From an uncultured Solirubrobacterales bacterium (GTDB lineage: Bacteria; Actinomycetota; Thermoleophilia; Solirubrobacterales; Solirubrobacteraceae): 64,000 bases of DNA. The DNA lies in the NCBI GenBank assembly GCA_963723175.1, contig CAVRPO010000008.1, positions 155,921 to 219,920 on the forward strand. The letters are read 5' to 3'. The notes beneath the pieces are model-generated. The model saw only the letters and a list, made by a program, of their open reading frames with translations. It was not told where the DNA came from and made no database searches. Of this stretch, positions 30,692 to 41,497 are shown one piece after another. Within the stretch, counting starts at the first letter, position 1. Each line of letters opens with the position of its first letter. The position numbers were made by a program, and so were the translations under genes.

Positions 30692-32083
30692 GCCTTGCTG
30701 GCCACCAGTGAGGCTTCCTGACTGGTCAGCCAGTCGGCCTGTGAGGTGTTCTGCGATATCGCGCTTTCAAGCTCGGCGTAAGTGGCCTGCAGCGCCTTTT
30801 CGCGTACGGCAAGCATTTCGTTCATCGTTGTGATCTGACTGGTCAACTCGGTGATCTGCGTCGTGTCGCCGGTCGCCCTCGCTTCGAGCGTCCCGCCGGG
30901 CCCGGCCACAGCTTCAAGCGTGCTCTGCAGGCCCTGGGACCACTTCTCGAGCATCTGCTGTACGCCTGCTGGGTTGGTCTTGATCGCTTCGGAGAGCTTG
31001 GTGGAGTTGACGCGTCAACAGCCCTTCGATCGAGGACTGGGAGGCTCCGCCGGCTGAGGCCGCGCCGGTGCTGATCCCGATATCGCTGGGGTTGGACATT
31101 TCGGCGGCAAGCCCCGCGATCGGTTCGTACATGCTCTGGCGCATGCTCGCGAGCAGGCTCTCCAGTTCGAAGTCGCCAAAGAGGGTGCCGGTGCCGTATT
31201 CGGCGGCGCTGGTCGGCTTGGCGATCGGCTTGGTCGACAGCTGCTTCTGGATCGCTTCGACGGTCGAGTTGTAGAGCTTGACGAACGACTGCACCTGCGC
31301 TTCCACGGCGCTGACGCTCGCGCCTGGAGCCTGGACGTCGATCGTGACGGGGCCGGTGGTGGTAAGGCCGCCCAGCGTCAGAGTCACGCCGGCGATCGCG
31401 TTGGTGACCGTGTTGGATGCCGAGGTCCCCGCGACTCCGTCGACCGCGTATTCGGCGTTCTTGCCTTCCTTGGCGGTACCGGCCTTTTCGACGAGCGTCG
31501 CGCCCGGATCGCTCACCTGGATGAATTCCGCGCCGGTGTTGCCCGTTGCACGGTTGGACAGGACCAGGGTGTTGCCTTCAAGCACCGCTGCGTACACCGT
31601 CGAGCTGCTGTCGGAGTTGATCGCGTTCGCGAATTCCTTGGCGCTCTCGCCAGCCTTGACCGTGAAGCTGTTGCCGTCGATCGTGAGCGTGTCTTCAGCG
31701 GCCGGGCTCGCGAATGTAAAGGTGCGCTGGGCCGAGTTGGCCAGTTGCGTGACTTCCACCTCATAGCCGCCGATGGCGGCTCCGTCGCTGGTGGCTGCGC
31801 TGACTCGCGTGGGTTCGCTGGAGGTGACCGCCTGCGAGGTTTCAAACAGCGAGGGCATGCTGAATTCGGAGGCGGCAAGCGCCAACTGTTGGAGGCTGCT
31901 CTGGACGCTTGCCAGCTCTTTCTGCTGGCCCTGCAGCTTTTCCTGGGCGTCGGTGAGCCGTGTGACCGGCTCACGTTCGACGGCCATCAGCGCCGAGATG
32001 ATCGAGCTCGTGTCAAGCCCTGAGGCGAGCCCCGAGATGGAGATCGGCGAGCCGACCGCCGAGCTGACTGCAAGCGACGACAT
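30688..32083 (-). CDS. fliD: Filament cap FliD (frameshift near 31010)
   Basis: ISGLASGLDTSSIISALMAVE; YEVEVTQLA; SNTVTNAIAGVTLTL; FVKLYNS; LQATYAELE. Confidence 0.93.
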
Positions 32084-32088
32084 GGGCT

Positions 32089-32470
32089 CTAGGCCGAGGG
32101 CTTCCCGGTGACGTCCTGCACCGGCTTTCCGGCGGCAATCTCAAGCGCCTCTGAAATCAACATGCTCTTCACGGTTTTGCCCTCACGATCCGCAAGCTCG
32201 ACGGTGACCCGCTCCCCCTGGCCTTTGGAGAAGCGCAGCTCATGTCCGCTTTCGCGCATTTCGCGGCTTATCCTTCCCGCGGCCGCGACCTGGTCGAGCA
32301 CCTCGGGCGGTGGCGTGCCGCTGCCGCTTTGGCTTGCGAGCAGACGATCGCTCGTGCTGGGCTCGCGATTGAAACGCGGCTGGATCGCCGGCGTCGCTCA
32401 TGAACGACATCGGATACGACAAGCCCGCAAGCGAAGACGGGCCATTGAATGGCAGGATCGGCGAGGTCAT
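32089..32470 (-). CDS. flaG: FlaG-like protein (frameshifted)
   Basis: PPPEVLDQV...HELRFS...VTVELADREGKTVK; directly upstream of fliD. Confidence 0.65.
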
Positions 32471-32543
32471 ATGGCGTTTTCTCCCTGAAAACGTGTGCGA
32501 CGACCCGTTCCCTGGGCCGCCTCGCGATTGATATCTCTTCAAG

Positions 32544-32571
32544 TAATCGGCGTCTTTCGCGAAAACTTTAT
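32544..32571 (-). promoter_or_regulatory. Sigma28 promoter of flaG-fliD-fliS
   Basis: ATAAAG-N14-GCCGATTA (canonical TAAA-N15-GCCGATWA). Confidence 0.8.
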
Positions 32572-32670
32572 TCAGACCTACCCACCTGCCCGCTCTGTTC
32601 AGGTGTACCCACCTGCCCGGGCGGATATGCGTCGCTTGGCGACAAGCCGACGGGCAACGGCTCGGAACGT

Positions 32671-35354
32671 CTACGCGGTTGCGGCATGTGCTTGAGAGAG
32701 GAGGCTCGCGGCATCCTCGTTGTCGGGGTCGCGCGAGAGCGCTGCGGCCGCGAAGTCGCTCATCTCGTGTGCCATGCCCCTCGCGGCGGCAACGCGGGCG
32801 AGGCCCAGCAGCGCCGGGACGTCAGGCTCCTGCTCGCAGACGGCCATCCACTCCTCGGCCGCGGATGCCAGGAACCCACGGCGCAGATACATGCCGGCGA
32901 GCAGCTCGCGGCGCTCGCGCGTCTGCAGCGGCGTGTGCTCGAGCGCGCCGAGCAGCACTTCAAAGCCCTTGAAGTCGTGCACGCGCAGCAGCGCCTCGAG
33001 CATCACCTCCAGCGGCGCCACGGCCTGCTCGGGGAGCGATGTCACAGGTTGCTCGGGAAACGGCGATGAGGCAAGCTCTGAGAGTGGCGCTATGGGTTGG
33101 TCGGAGAGCGGCGCCCTGGCGGGCCGAGACAGCGGCGATGTGGCCTGCTCGGGAGCTTGCGAATCAGGGTGTCCCGGAAGGGGGGGTATGGTCTGCTCGG
33201 GGAGCGCGGCACCGGCAACCCCGGCACGCGTGAGCTCTTGCCAGGTCGCGAACAGGTCGAGCTCGTGTCTGGGCATGCCCGCCGCTTGCGCTCTTTCGAG
33301 TGTCTCTCCCGCGCCTTCGCGGTCGCCGCCGGCGATGCGTGCGAACAGCTCTGTCCGGCGGGCGATCACCGCCAGCGGGTCGTCGTTCGCGAGCTCGCGG
33401 GCGACCTCGGCCGCCTCGCCGTAGCGTCGCTGTGCAAGCAGCGCCTCGCCGAGCGCCACGCGCGCGCGGCCCGAGTGCGGCTGGCGCGCGAGCACCGCCC
33501 TGAACTGGAGCTCTCCGGCGACCGTGGCGCCCGACTTCGTACAGGGCGGTGCCGAGCATGAAGCGAGCCGCGGGCGGCGGGTCGGGCATGCAGCCGCTCG
33601 ACCCGCTCGACGACCTCGCCCGGCTCGACTCCGCTTGCCAGCAGCAGCGTTCGCGTAGGGCAGCACCGAGCCGACGAAGCGCGGGATGCTCGCGCAGGCA
33701 GTGCTCGAGCAGCCGAGTCGCCTCCTCGTAGTCTCCCGCGGCCCGTCTGAGCTCGGCCAGCTGCAGCCTCGGCAGGTAGCTGCCGCTGCCGACGGTGGCG
33801 GTGTAGCGGCGCGGCGCGTCGCCCATCTCGATGCAGCGCTCGAGCAGCTCGATCGCGCGCTCGTGCTGCTCCAGCGCGATCGCGGCGATCGCCTGCTCGA
33901 GCACGAGGTCGGTGAAGCCGCGGGAAGCGCTCGAGCCCCTCCTCGGCGCGCGCGATCGCGTCCGCCGGACGCCCGCACGCGCGCAGCGCCTTGACCATGC
34001 GGCTCATCAGCGCCGGCGCGAACTCGTAGCTGTCGCGATCGGGCAGGCTCTGCAGCAGCTCCCAGGCGCGCTCGAACTCGGCGAGCGCCGCCTGCGGTTC
34101 GTCCGCGGCGGCATACTCGGAGCCGAGGTTGTAGTGCAGGAACGGCGTCGGCGGGCTTTCGGCCTGCTGCAAGCGCAGCAGCTCGATGTTGCGGCGCGAC
34201 TTCTCGCGGCTGTCGCGCACAGCGCCGAGATAGCCGTAGTGCTCGATGCGCACGCCGCTTGCCTCGACGCGCTCGGGCAGGTAGCCGGGCAGGCAGTGGG
34301 CGATCTGCTCGTGCAGGCGCCCCTCGAAGCGGTACTCGGGCCGGTTGCGAAATACGCGCAGCGCGTTGTGCGTGACGGCGGTGCCGTCCTCGAGATCGCC
34401 GGTGTAGTTGGTCTCCGAGAGGTAGAACGCCTCGCGCCAGGTGCGCCCGGTGAGCGAGCGCAGCAGCGGTCGCGTCCTCGTCCACGAGCACCTCGTCGGC
34501 GTCCAGGTAGAGCAGCCAGTCGCCCTCGGCCGCGTCGAAGGAGACGTTGCGCGCCTGCGGCAAAGGAGCCGGTCCACTCGTGGAAGAGCACGCGCGCGCC
34601 GAACGAGCGCGCGATCTCGACCGTGGCGTCGGTGGAGCCGGTGTCGACGATCACGATCTCGTCGACCGCGTCGGCCACGGCGGCCAGGCAGCGCGGCAGC
34701 ATCTCCTGCTCGTCGCGCACGATCATGCACAGGCTCAGGCGCATGCCGGTGGCCGGCTCGTGCGCGCGCGGCGATCTCGAGCGCTCGGCTCGCCAGCTCG
34801 GCGAGCGCGGGATGCGGCGGTGCGGTCGCGGCCGGCGCTGCGCAGCTGTCGCCGGCGCCCCGCGAGCGCGGCCAGGTTGCGATCCACCTGCTCGAGCCGC
34901 GGATCCAGGCGCTTGGCGGCCTTGAACAGCGGCTCGGCGGCGTCGAGGCTCCACAGCTCATAGAAGGCGACGCCGGCGTAGTTGAGCAGCTTGGGCTCGC
35001 TTGGCTCGTGGCTCGAGCAGCTCGAGGGCACCGGCCGCAGTTGCGGAAAACATGGCCCCCGCACGCGCGGCGGGGGGCATCGCCGCTCGCGGCGAGGCCC
35101 CGCTCGATCAGGCCGACGCCGGCCTGGTAGCGGCGGTGGGGGTCGGCGATCGACTCGAGCTCGCTCGAACAGCCGCGGTAGCCGTCAAGCTCGCCGGCGG
35201 CGAGCAGCTGCTGGGCGCGTGCCGAGAGCTCGATCGCAGGTGCGGCGCTGCCGTCGGCGCGCGGCGAAATGGGCGATAGGGCTAGGTCGGCGGCCTTGGC
35301 GGCATCGTCGCCGGGAGGGATCGGAGCGGGGAGCGAGCGGCCATCTTCACGCAT
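32671..35354 (-). CDS. GT2 glycosyltransferase with TPR repeats, probable flagellin glycosyltransferase (many frameshifts)
   Basis: LSLCMIVRDEQEMLPRCL...IVIVDTGSTDAT; DWLLYLDADE; RFEGRLHEQ; IEHYGY; TPR-like helices. Confidence 0.85.
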
Positions 35355-35356
35355 GG

Positions 35357-35384
35357 TCATCGACCGGGTCGGCCGATATCTGAG
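35357..35384 (-). promoter_or_regulatory. Possible sigma28 promoter of the glycosyltransferase
   Basis: CTCAGA-N14-GTCGATGA. Confidence 0.45.
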
Positions 35385-35643
35385 CGACGCAGAAGCCGCT
35401 CTGTCCCGGCCGGCCGCCACGGGCGGCTCGCTATTTACCTCATTTAGCCGGTCGTAACTTTGTGATTATTTTCCCCCCAAGTTGGCTAACTCGGCTGGAT
35501 CGAGCCACTCAAACGATTACGACCGGTGCGGCCGATACGGTCCGCGCCCGGAAATCTTCGCAAATAGCGCATCTCGGACCGCGGGCAGGTTTGGCGCACG
35601 CGGGGGCACCTGTTCACAGTTCCCTCGAAATCGGAGTCGCAAA

Positions 35644-36456
35644 ATGGAAACGATCGCAAAAGGGGCCGTGAGGATCTCCGCGGCGGAGGCGCTCAGGACG
35701 TGGCGCGAGTACCGCCAGAGCGGCGATCTGCGCTTGCGCGACCAGCTGATCTTCATCTTCACGCCGATGGTGCGCTACATCGTCTACCGCAAGGTGCGCG
35801 AGGTGCCGGCCCAGTGCGACGTCGAGGACTTCCTCTCCTGCGGGCTGGAGGCGCTGATCCGCTCGATCGAGCGCTATGACCCGGAGAAGGGCGCGACGCT
35901 CGAGCAGTACGCGTGGACGCGCATCCACGGCGCCGTGCTGGACGAGCTGCGCCGCCACGACTGGGCGCCGCGCTCGCTGCGTCGCGACGAGCGCGCGATC
36001 AACCATGCGCGCGAGGCGTTCCTCGCCAACCACGACCGCCAGCCGAGCCGCGAGGAGCTGGCGGGGATGGTCGACATGGACCCGCGAGAGCTGGTGGGCC
36101 GGCTCGACGAGGTCGCGCTGGCGGAGGTCGGCTCGCTGAACCGCACGGTGCGCTCTGATGAGAACGCCACGATCGAGCGGATCGACACGCTGGAGAGCCC
36201 CGACACCGACTGCGACCCGATCGTATGCGCCGAGCGCCGCGAAGCCAAGGAACGCTTTCGCGCGGCGTTTGCGCTGTTGCCGCCCGTCGAGCGCGAAGTG
36301 GCGGTGCTGCTGTACGTGGAGCACTGGACGCTGCGCGACATCGGCGCTCGACTGGGCGTGTCCGAGAGTCGTGTCTCCCAGATCCACACGCAGCTGCGCC
36401 GGCGCCTGTACGACCGGCTCTCCGACGAGCTGTCGCTGTTCAGCGCCGTCGGTTGA
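35644..36456 (+). CDS. fliA: RNA polymerase sigma factor, FliA/WhiG (sigma28) family
   Basis: LIRSIERYDPEKG; YAWTRIHGAVLDELRRHDWAPRS; TLRDIGARLGVSESRVSQIH. Confidence 0.94.
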   Translation: METIAKGAVRISAAEALRTWREYRQSGDLRLRDQLIFIFTPMVRYIVYRKVREVPAQCDVEDFLSCGLEALIRSIERYDPEKGATLEQYAWTRIHGAVLDELRRHDWAPRSLRRDERAINHAREAFLANHDRQPSREELAGMVDMDPRELVGRLDEVALAEVGSLNRTVRSDENATIERIDTLESPDTDCDPIVCAERREAKERFRAAFALLPPVEREVAVLLYVEHWTLRDIGARLGVSESRVSQIHTQLRRRLYDRLSDELSLFSAVG

Positions 36457-36567
36457 GTGGGGTTCCGGCGTTCGACAGAGTACACTTCGCGCTCGGCGGA
36501 CGGGGCATGCAAAATGTGCAGTGACAGATAAGCCCGCCATGTACGGGCGGTCGCAAACGTTAGGTAC

Positions 36568-36595
36568 CTAAAGAATCACCGCCCGCGGTCGAACA
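36568..36595 (+). promoter_or_regulatory. Sigma28 promoter of the flgF operon, overlapped by palindrome TTAGGTACCTAA (36560-36571)
   Basis: CTAAAG-N14-GTCGAACA; RBS GGAGG; ATG at 36607. Confidence 0.65.
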
Positions 36596-36606
36596 CCCGG
36601 GAGGAC

Positions 36607-37290
36607 ATGGATCTTGGCCTGTATATCGCCGCCTCCGGGATGGTCGCCGAGCAGGTCCGCCAGGACCAGCTCTCAAACGATCTGGCCAACGCCTCGACTC
36701 CCGGCTACAAGCCCGACGAGTCCTCGCAACACAGCTTCGGCGACGTGCTGCTCGCCAACAGCGAGGGTGGGCCGGCGATCGGATCGGTCGACGCCGGCGT
36801 CGCGCTCGGCAAGACCTACACCGACATGACGCCAGGGCTCGCTGCAGGAAACGGGCGAACCGCTCGACTTCGCGATCTCCGGCAGCGGCTTCTTCGCGGT
36901 CAAGACCGCCCAAGGTGTGCGCTACACCCGCGACGGGCAGTTCACGAGCTCCGCGCAGGGGGTGCTGACGGACGCGAGCGGCGACCCGGTGCTCGACCAG
37001 AGCGGGGCGCCGGTGAAGGTCGGCGCAGACGGTACCGTCGCGGCGAGCGCGCTTGGCATCTTTGAAGTGCCAGGGGCGGTCAAGCAGGGCGAAAACCTCT
37101 ACACGGGCAGCGCCTCGGGCAAGCCGACCGGCACGGTGCGTCAGGGCTCATTGGAGGGCTCCGGCGTGGACGCGGCGAAGATCATGGTCGAAATGATCAC
37201 TTCGCTGCGCAGCTTCCAGTCCGGCCAGCAGGCGATCCAGTCGATCGGCCAGACCCTGCAGGAGTCCGCCTCGCAGGTCGGCTCCGCTGA
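36607..37290 (+). CDS. flgF: Rod protein FlgF/FlhO (frameshifted; end approximate)
   Basis: GLYIAASGM...SNDLANASTPGYK; RYTRDGQF; QGSLEGSGVD...MVEMITSLRSFQ. Confidence 0.85.
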
Positions 37291-37333
37291 ACGGCGGCGC
37301 CGAGCTGAAGCGAATTCACGGGATGGACCACTG

Positions 37334-38077
37334 ATGCTCGAAGGCCTCTATTCCGCGGCGGCGGGCATGTCCGCGCAGCAGGAACAGCTCGACGCGATCT
37401 CAACGATCTCGCCAACATCTCCACCACCGGCTACCAATCCGAGCGCGTCGCCTTCAGCGATCTGCTCTACAACGCCGTGGACGAGGCCGGCACCGAATCG
37501 AGCATCGGCGCCGGCGCAAGCGCGCAAGTGATCGGGCGCAGCCATGCCCAGGGGCCGATCCAGGAAACCGGGCGATCCCGCTGGATCTCGCGATCGAAGG
37601 CGAGGGCTACTTCCAGGTCAAGGGCCCCGGCGGCCAGCCGGCGCTGACCCGCGACGGCAGCTTCGCCGTCGACGCCAGCGGCACGATCGTCGACGCCGAA
37701 GGCAATTCGCTCGAACCGCCGATCAAGCTGCCGGCTGGGGTCTCGCCCGACGAAGTGAAGATCGGCACCGACGGCAGCGTGAGCGCCGGCAAGCGCACGC
37801 TCGGGCCAGATCAAGCTGGTCACCGTCGCCTCGCCGGACCACCTGCTCGCGGGCGGCGGCGGCGACGCTGACGCCGACCGCGGCCAGCGGCGCGGTCCAG
37901 CCGGTGGCGCCGAGCGCCGCGAAGATCCACCAAGGCGCCTTGGAGGGCTCCAACGTGGACATGTCGAAGGAGATGGCGCTGATGGTGAGCACCCAACGCG
38001 CCTACCAGATGAGCAGCTCGGCGATCCAGACCGAGAGTCAGATGATGTCGATCGCCAACCAGCTGCGCCCGTCGTGA
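37334..38077 (+). CDS. flgG: Distal rod protein FlgG/FlhP (frameshifted)
   Basis: MLEGLYSAAAGMSAQQEQLD; DLAIEGEGYF; LTRDGSF; QGALEGSNVDMSKEMALMVSTQRAYQ. Confidence 0.87.
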
Positions 38078-38612
38078 GCGTCCCGCTGTCCTCGGGCTCG
38101 CCGCTGTCCTCGAGCGGCCTGCCCGCCGTCAACCAGACGCTCGAGCCTGCCTGGGTGCGCAACGGCTCCGCCGCCACGCAAAAGGCCTACGAGACGGCGC
38201 TTGCCTTCGAACAGATGCTGGTCGAAGAGCTCTCGCAATCGCTGACGGCGAAGCAGTGGCCTCGGCGGCGAAAGCGGCGCAGGAAGGCGAATCCTCGGAA
38301 GGCTCGTCGGGCAGCGGTGGCGCAAGCGGGCCGCTGTCTTCGATGCTGCCGCAGGCGCTGACCAGCGGCGTGATGAGCGCCGGCGGGCTCGGTCTCGCCG
38401 CGCAGATGACCCGCCAGCTGGCAGGAGCAGCCGCGCAAGGCGCCGGGGAAGGTGGGGCAGGACAGGTGGTACAAGCGCGAGTACAGGCGCGAGCGCGCCA
38501 ATCCCAACAAACAGAAACCCATCTGTCACCGCACCCGCAGGGAGCCCTCCGCGGCGGGGTCACGAGCGTCGCGCCCACGAACACTTTCGCCACCGGAGGC
38601 ACCAGCGCATGA
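38074..38612 (+). CDS. FlgJ-like rod-binding protein without muramidase domain (frameshifted)
   Basis: AYETALAFEQMLVEELSQSL...GGLGLAAQMTRQL (rod-binding signature). Confidence 0.7.
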
Positions 38613-39161
38613 GCCTGACCGCGCTGGCCGCGCCCGATGGGCTCGGCGCAGGATCGTGCGCTGGCCGTCGAAGTGCTCGCACACCTGGACGCGCAGATCG
38701 GCTCGGCGCGGAGCCTGCTCGGGGTCGTGCTGGAGCAGGGCAAGGCGATCCGCGCGCGCGACGTGGACACCGTCGTACGCCTGGCCGGCATCCTGCGCGG
38801 GGAGATGGGTCGCCGCCAGCTGCTGGAGGAGGAGCGCTCGCGTCTGCTTGCCCGCAGCGGCGAGCGGCTGGGCATCGCGGCCGAGGCGGTGACGCTCGAG
38901 CGCTTGTGCACGTTGATGGACGACGCGCTCGCCGAGCGTGCCTCTGCTCTGAGCGCGGAGTTGCGAGGCCTGTTGCGCGAGCTGCAGCGCGAGCACTCCT
39001 GCAACCGCGCGCTGATGCAGATCGAACTGGGCTTCCTCGACCACCTGATGGGCGTGCTCGCGCTCGACGGAGTCAACGGCTACGACACACACGGCTCCTC
39101 CACGCCGATCACGCGGCCCCGCCCCAACGGCAACCTGCACGTCCTGGACCTGCGCGCCTAA
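38609..39161 (+). CDS. flgN: Flagellar chaperone FlgN
   Basis: Helical; ELQREHSCNRALMQIELGFLDHLM...GYD...VLDLRA; precedes flgK. Confidence 0.8.
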
Positions 39162-39165
39162 GCCC

Positions 39166-40479
39166 GTGTCGATTCCAACCCTGCAAGGACTGCAAACCGC
39201 GCTCAGCGGGCTGGTCGCCGAGCAAGCGGCGCTCGACGTCACCGGCAACAACATCGCCAACTCGGACACCGAAGGCTATTCGCGCGAGACGGCGGTCCTG
39301 CAGACCAACGAGCCGATCGTCATCCCGGCGATCTCGCCGCTGACCGGGGAAGGCGCACAGCTCGGCACCGGCGTCAGCGTCGCGACGATCACGCGCGTGC
39401 GCAACGTCTACCTGGACGCGCAGTACCGCACGCAAAACAGCTCGCTGAGCGAAGCAAGCACCCAGTCCGAAGAGCTGACGCAAGCTCAGGCGGCGTTCAA
39501 CGAACCCTCGAGCTCCGGCCTTGCCAGCCAGATATCGGCGTTCTGGAGCGCCTGGAGCGAACTCGCCAACGACCCCACAAACATTGCCGCCAAGCAAGGG
39601 GTGGTGGCCGCCGGCAAATCGCTGGCCAACACTTTCCACGAACTCAGCGCGCAACTCTCGACGATCTCAACCCAGGCCGGCGAACAGTACGCGGCCCTCA
39701 CCGGGCCCTCAGGCGAAGTGCAAAACGACGCCAACCAGATCGCCCAGCTCAACGGCCAGATCAAGCTCGCCGAACAAGCGGGCCAGAAGCCAAACGAAAT
39801 GCTCGATCGGCGCGATCTCTTGCTCGACAAGCTCTCGGGCCTCGCGCAGGTCACCGTCAGCGAGCAGCCAGACGGCACCGACACGGTCAGCTTCGGCGAT
39901 GCTGCCAAGCCGCTGGTCGAAGGCACGACGGTCAACTGGCCGCAGGCGCTTACGCAGGCCGCCGGCGGGAAGCTCGGCGCGCTGCTCGGCCTGACGGCGC
40001 CGACCGGCGCGCTCAGCGGCTACCAAACGGCCCTGGACAACGTGGCAAACACTTTGGCGAGCACGGTCAACGCGCTGCACACGAGCACGCCGTTCTTCTC
40101 CGGTACAACCGCCGCCACACTCCAGGTGGCGGTCACGGCCGCCCAGGTACAAACTTCCTCGACCGAAGCTGCTGGGGGTAACGACGTCGCCCAGGCGATC
40201 GCGGCGCTGCGCGGGGGCGCCGCTGAACAGGGGTATGCGGCGCTTGTCGAGCAGGTCGGCACAGGTGTGCAGACGGCCAAGGACGAGCAGGCCAACCTGC
40301 AGACGACGGTCACCGCGATCGACAACCAGCGCCAGAGCGTCTCGGGCGTATCGCTCGACGAAGAAATGACCAACCTGATCAGCTTCCAGCGCGGCTACCA
40401 AGCCTCGGCGCGCACGCTGACTGCGATGGACAGCATGCTCGAAACGCTGATCGAGCACACCGGAACAGTGGGTTTGTAG
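39166..40479 (+). CDS. flgK: Hook-associated protein FlgK
   Basis: ALSGLVAEQAALDVTGNNIANSDTEGYSR; SVSGVSLDEEMTNLISFQRGYQASAR. Confidence 0.96.
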   Translation: MSIPTLQGLQTALSGLVAEQAALDVTGNNIANSDTEGYSRETAVLQTNEPIVIPAISPLTGEGAQLGTGVSVATITRVRNVYLDAQYRTQNSSLSEASTQSEELTQAQAAFNEPSSSGLASQISAFWSAWSELANDPTNIAAKQGVVAAGKSLANTFHELSAQLSTISTQAGEQYAALTGPSGEVQNDANQIAQLNGQIKLAEQAGQKPNEMLDRRDLLLDKLSGLAQVTVSEQPDGTDTVSFGDAAKPLVEGTTVNWPQALTQAAGGKLGALLGLTAPTGALSGYQTALDNVANTLASTVNALHTSTPFFSGTTAATLQVAVTAAQVQTSSTEAAGGNDVAQAIAALRGGAAEQGYAALVEQVGTGVQTAKDEQANLQTTVTAIDNQRQSVSGVSLDEEMTNLISFQRGYQASARTLTAMDSMLETLIEHTGTVGL

Positions 40480-40561
40480 CGATGCGCGGCCTGCACCTTC
40501 GAGTAACCAAAGCTTGTCCTATGAGCGACGGCGAGATCGCATGGTCCGTGGAGGCTCGGCC

Positions 40562-41476
40562 ATGACCGAACGCATCACGCCCGCGATGGTCACGGCCACG
40601 ACGCTCAACGACATCAACTCCTCACTGGCGACCCTGGAGCGTACGTCGAACGAACTGTCCTCCGGCAAGACGATCCTCGAACCCTCAGACAACCCTTACG
40701 GCGCCAGCCAGGTGATCGACCTGCAGAGCCAGCTCGACGGCTTGAGTTCCTATGCGACCAATGCCCAGGAAGGGATCTCCTGGGAGAACACAGCCGGCGG
40801 CGCGATGGCAAACATCTCAAACGTGCTGCAGACGGTGCGCGAGCTGCTGGTGCAGAGCTCGACCGGCACGGAGAACCAGAGCGACCGCGAAAGCATCGCC
40901 ACCGAGGTGGACCAGCTGACCGAAGCCGTCAAGCAGGACGCGAACACGCAGTACGCGGGGCAGTACGTGTTCTCAGGTACCGATACGACCACCGTGCCCT
41001 ACCCCCAGGGAGCCGAAGACACCTATCAAGGCAACATCGGCACGATCACGCGCGCGATTGGGCCCGGCATATCGGTTGACGTCAGCACGAACATCTCCTC
41101 GCTGCTGGGCAACGGTCAGGGCTCGGGCGACGGCAAGCTGCTCGACACGCTGCGCACGATCTCAGAACACCTGCGGGGTGGCAGCGCCGAAGACATCAGC
41201 GCGCTCGGCTCAAGCGACCTAAAGAACCTCGAATCGAGCATCGACACCTTGAGCCAGTTGCAAGCAACAGCTGGGAGCGTGACCGACCAGCTGCAAACGG
41301 CTACGAGTCGCATCGAATCGCTGCAGGGCTCGATCACCGCGAGCCTGGCCAACACTGAGGATGCGAACATCGCCCAGACTTCGATCGCCTACTCCAACGA
41401 GCAGGCCGCCTACGAGGCGGCGTTGCGCGCCGGCGCGAGCATCGTCCAAGAATCCCTACTCCAGTTCCTGCAGTAG
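40562..41476 (+). CDS. flgL: Hook-associated protein FlgL
   Basis: LSSGKTILEPSDNP; ANTQYAGQYVFSG; AYEAALRAGASIVQESLLQFLQ. Confidence 0.95.
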   Translation: MTERITPAMVTATTLNDINSSLATLERTSNELSSGKTILEPSDNPYGASQVIDLQSQLDGLSSYATNAQEGISWENTAGGAMANISNVLQTVRELLVQSSTGTENQSDRESIATEVDQLTEAVKQDANTQYAGQYVFSGTDTTTVPYPQGAEDTYQGNIGTITRAIGPGISVDVSTNISSLLGNGQGSGDGKLLDTLRTISEHLRGGSAEDISALGSSDLKNLESSIDTLSQLQATAGSVTDQLQTATSRIESLQGSITASLANTEDANIAQTSIAYSNEQAAYEAALRAGASIVQESLLQFLQ

Positions 41477-41497
41477 CCCGCCGAGGAGAGAGCCAAC

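Noticed and set aside
35508-35538. Sigma28 autoregulatory promoter for fliA (CTCAAA-N17-GCCGATAC)
   Set aside because: Spacer is 3 nt longer than the 13-14 nt seen at the other sites
36917-37531. FlgF-FlgG fusion ORF
   Set aside because: Read-through probably caused by an indel near the flgF stop; flgG has its own ATG at 37334
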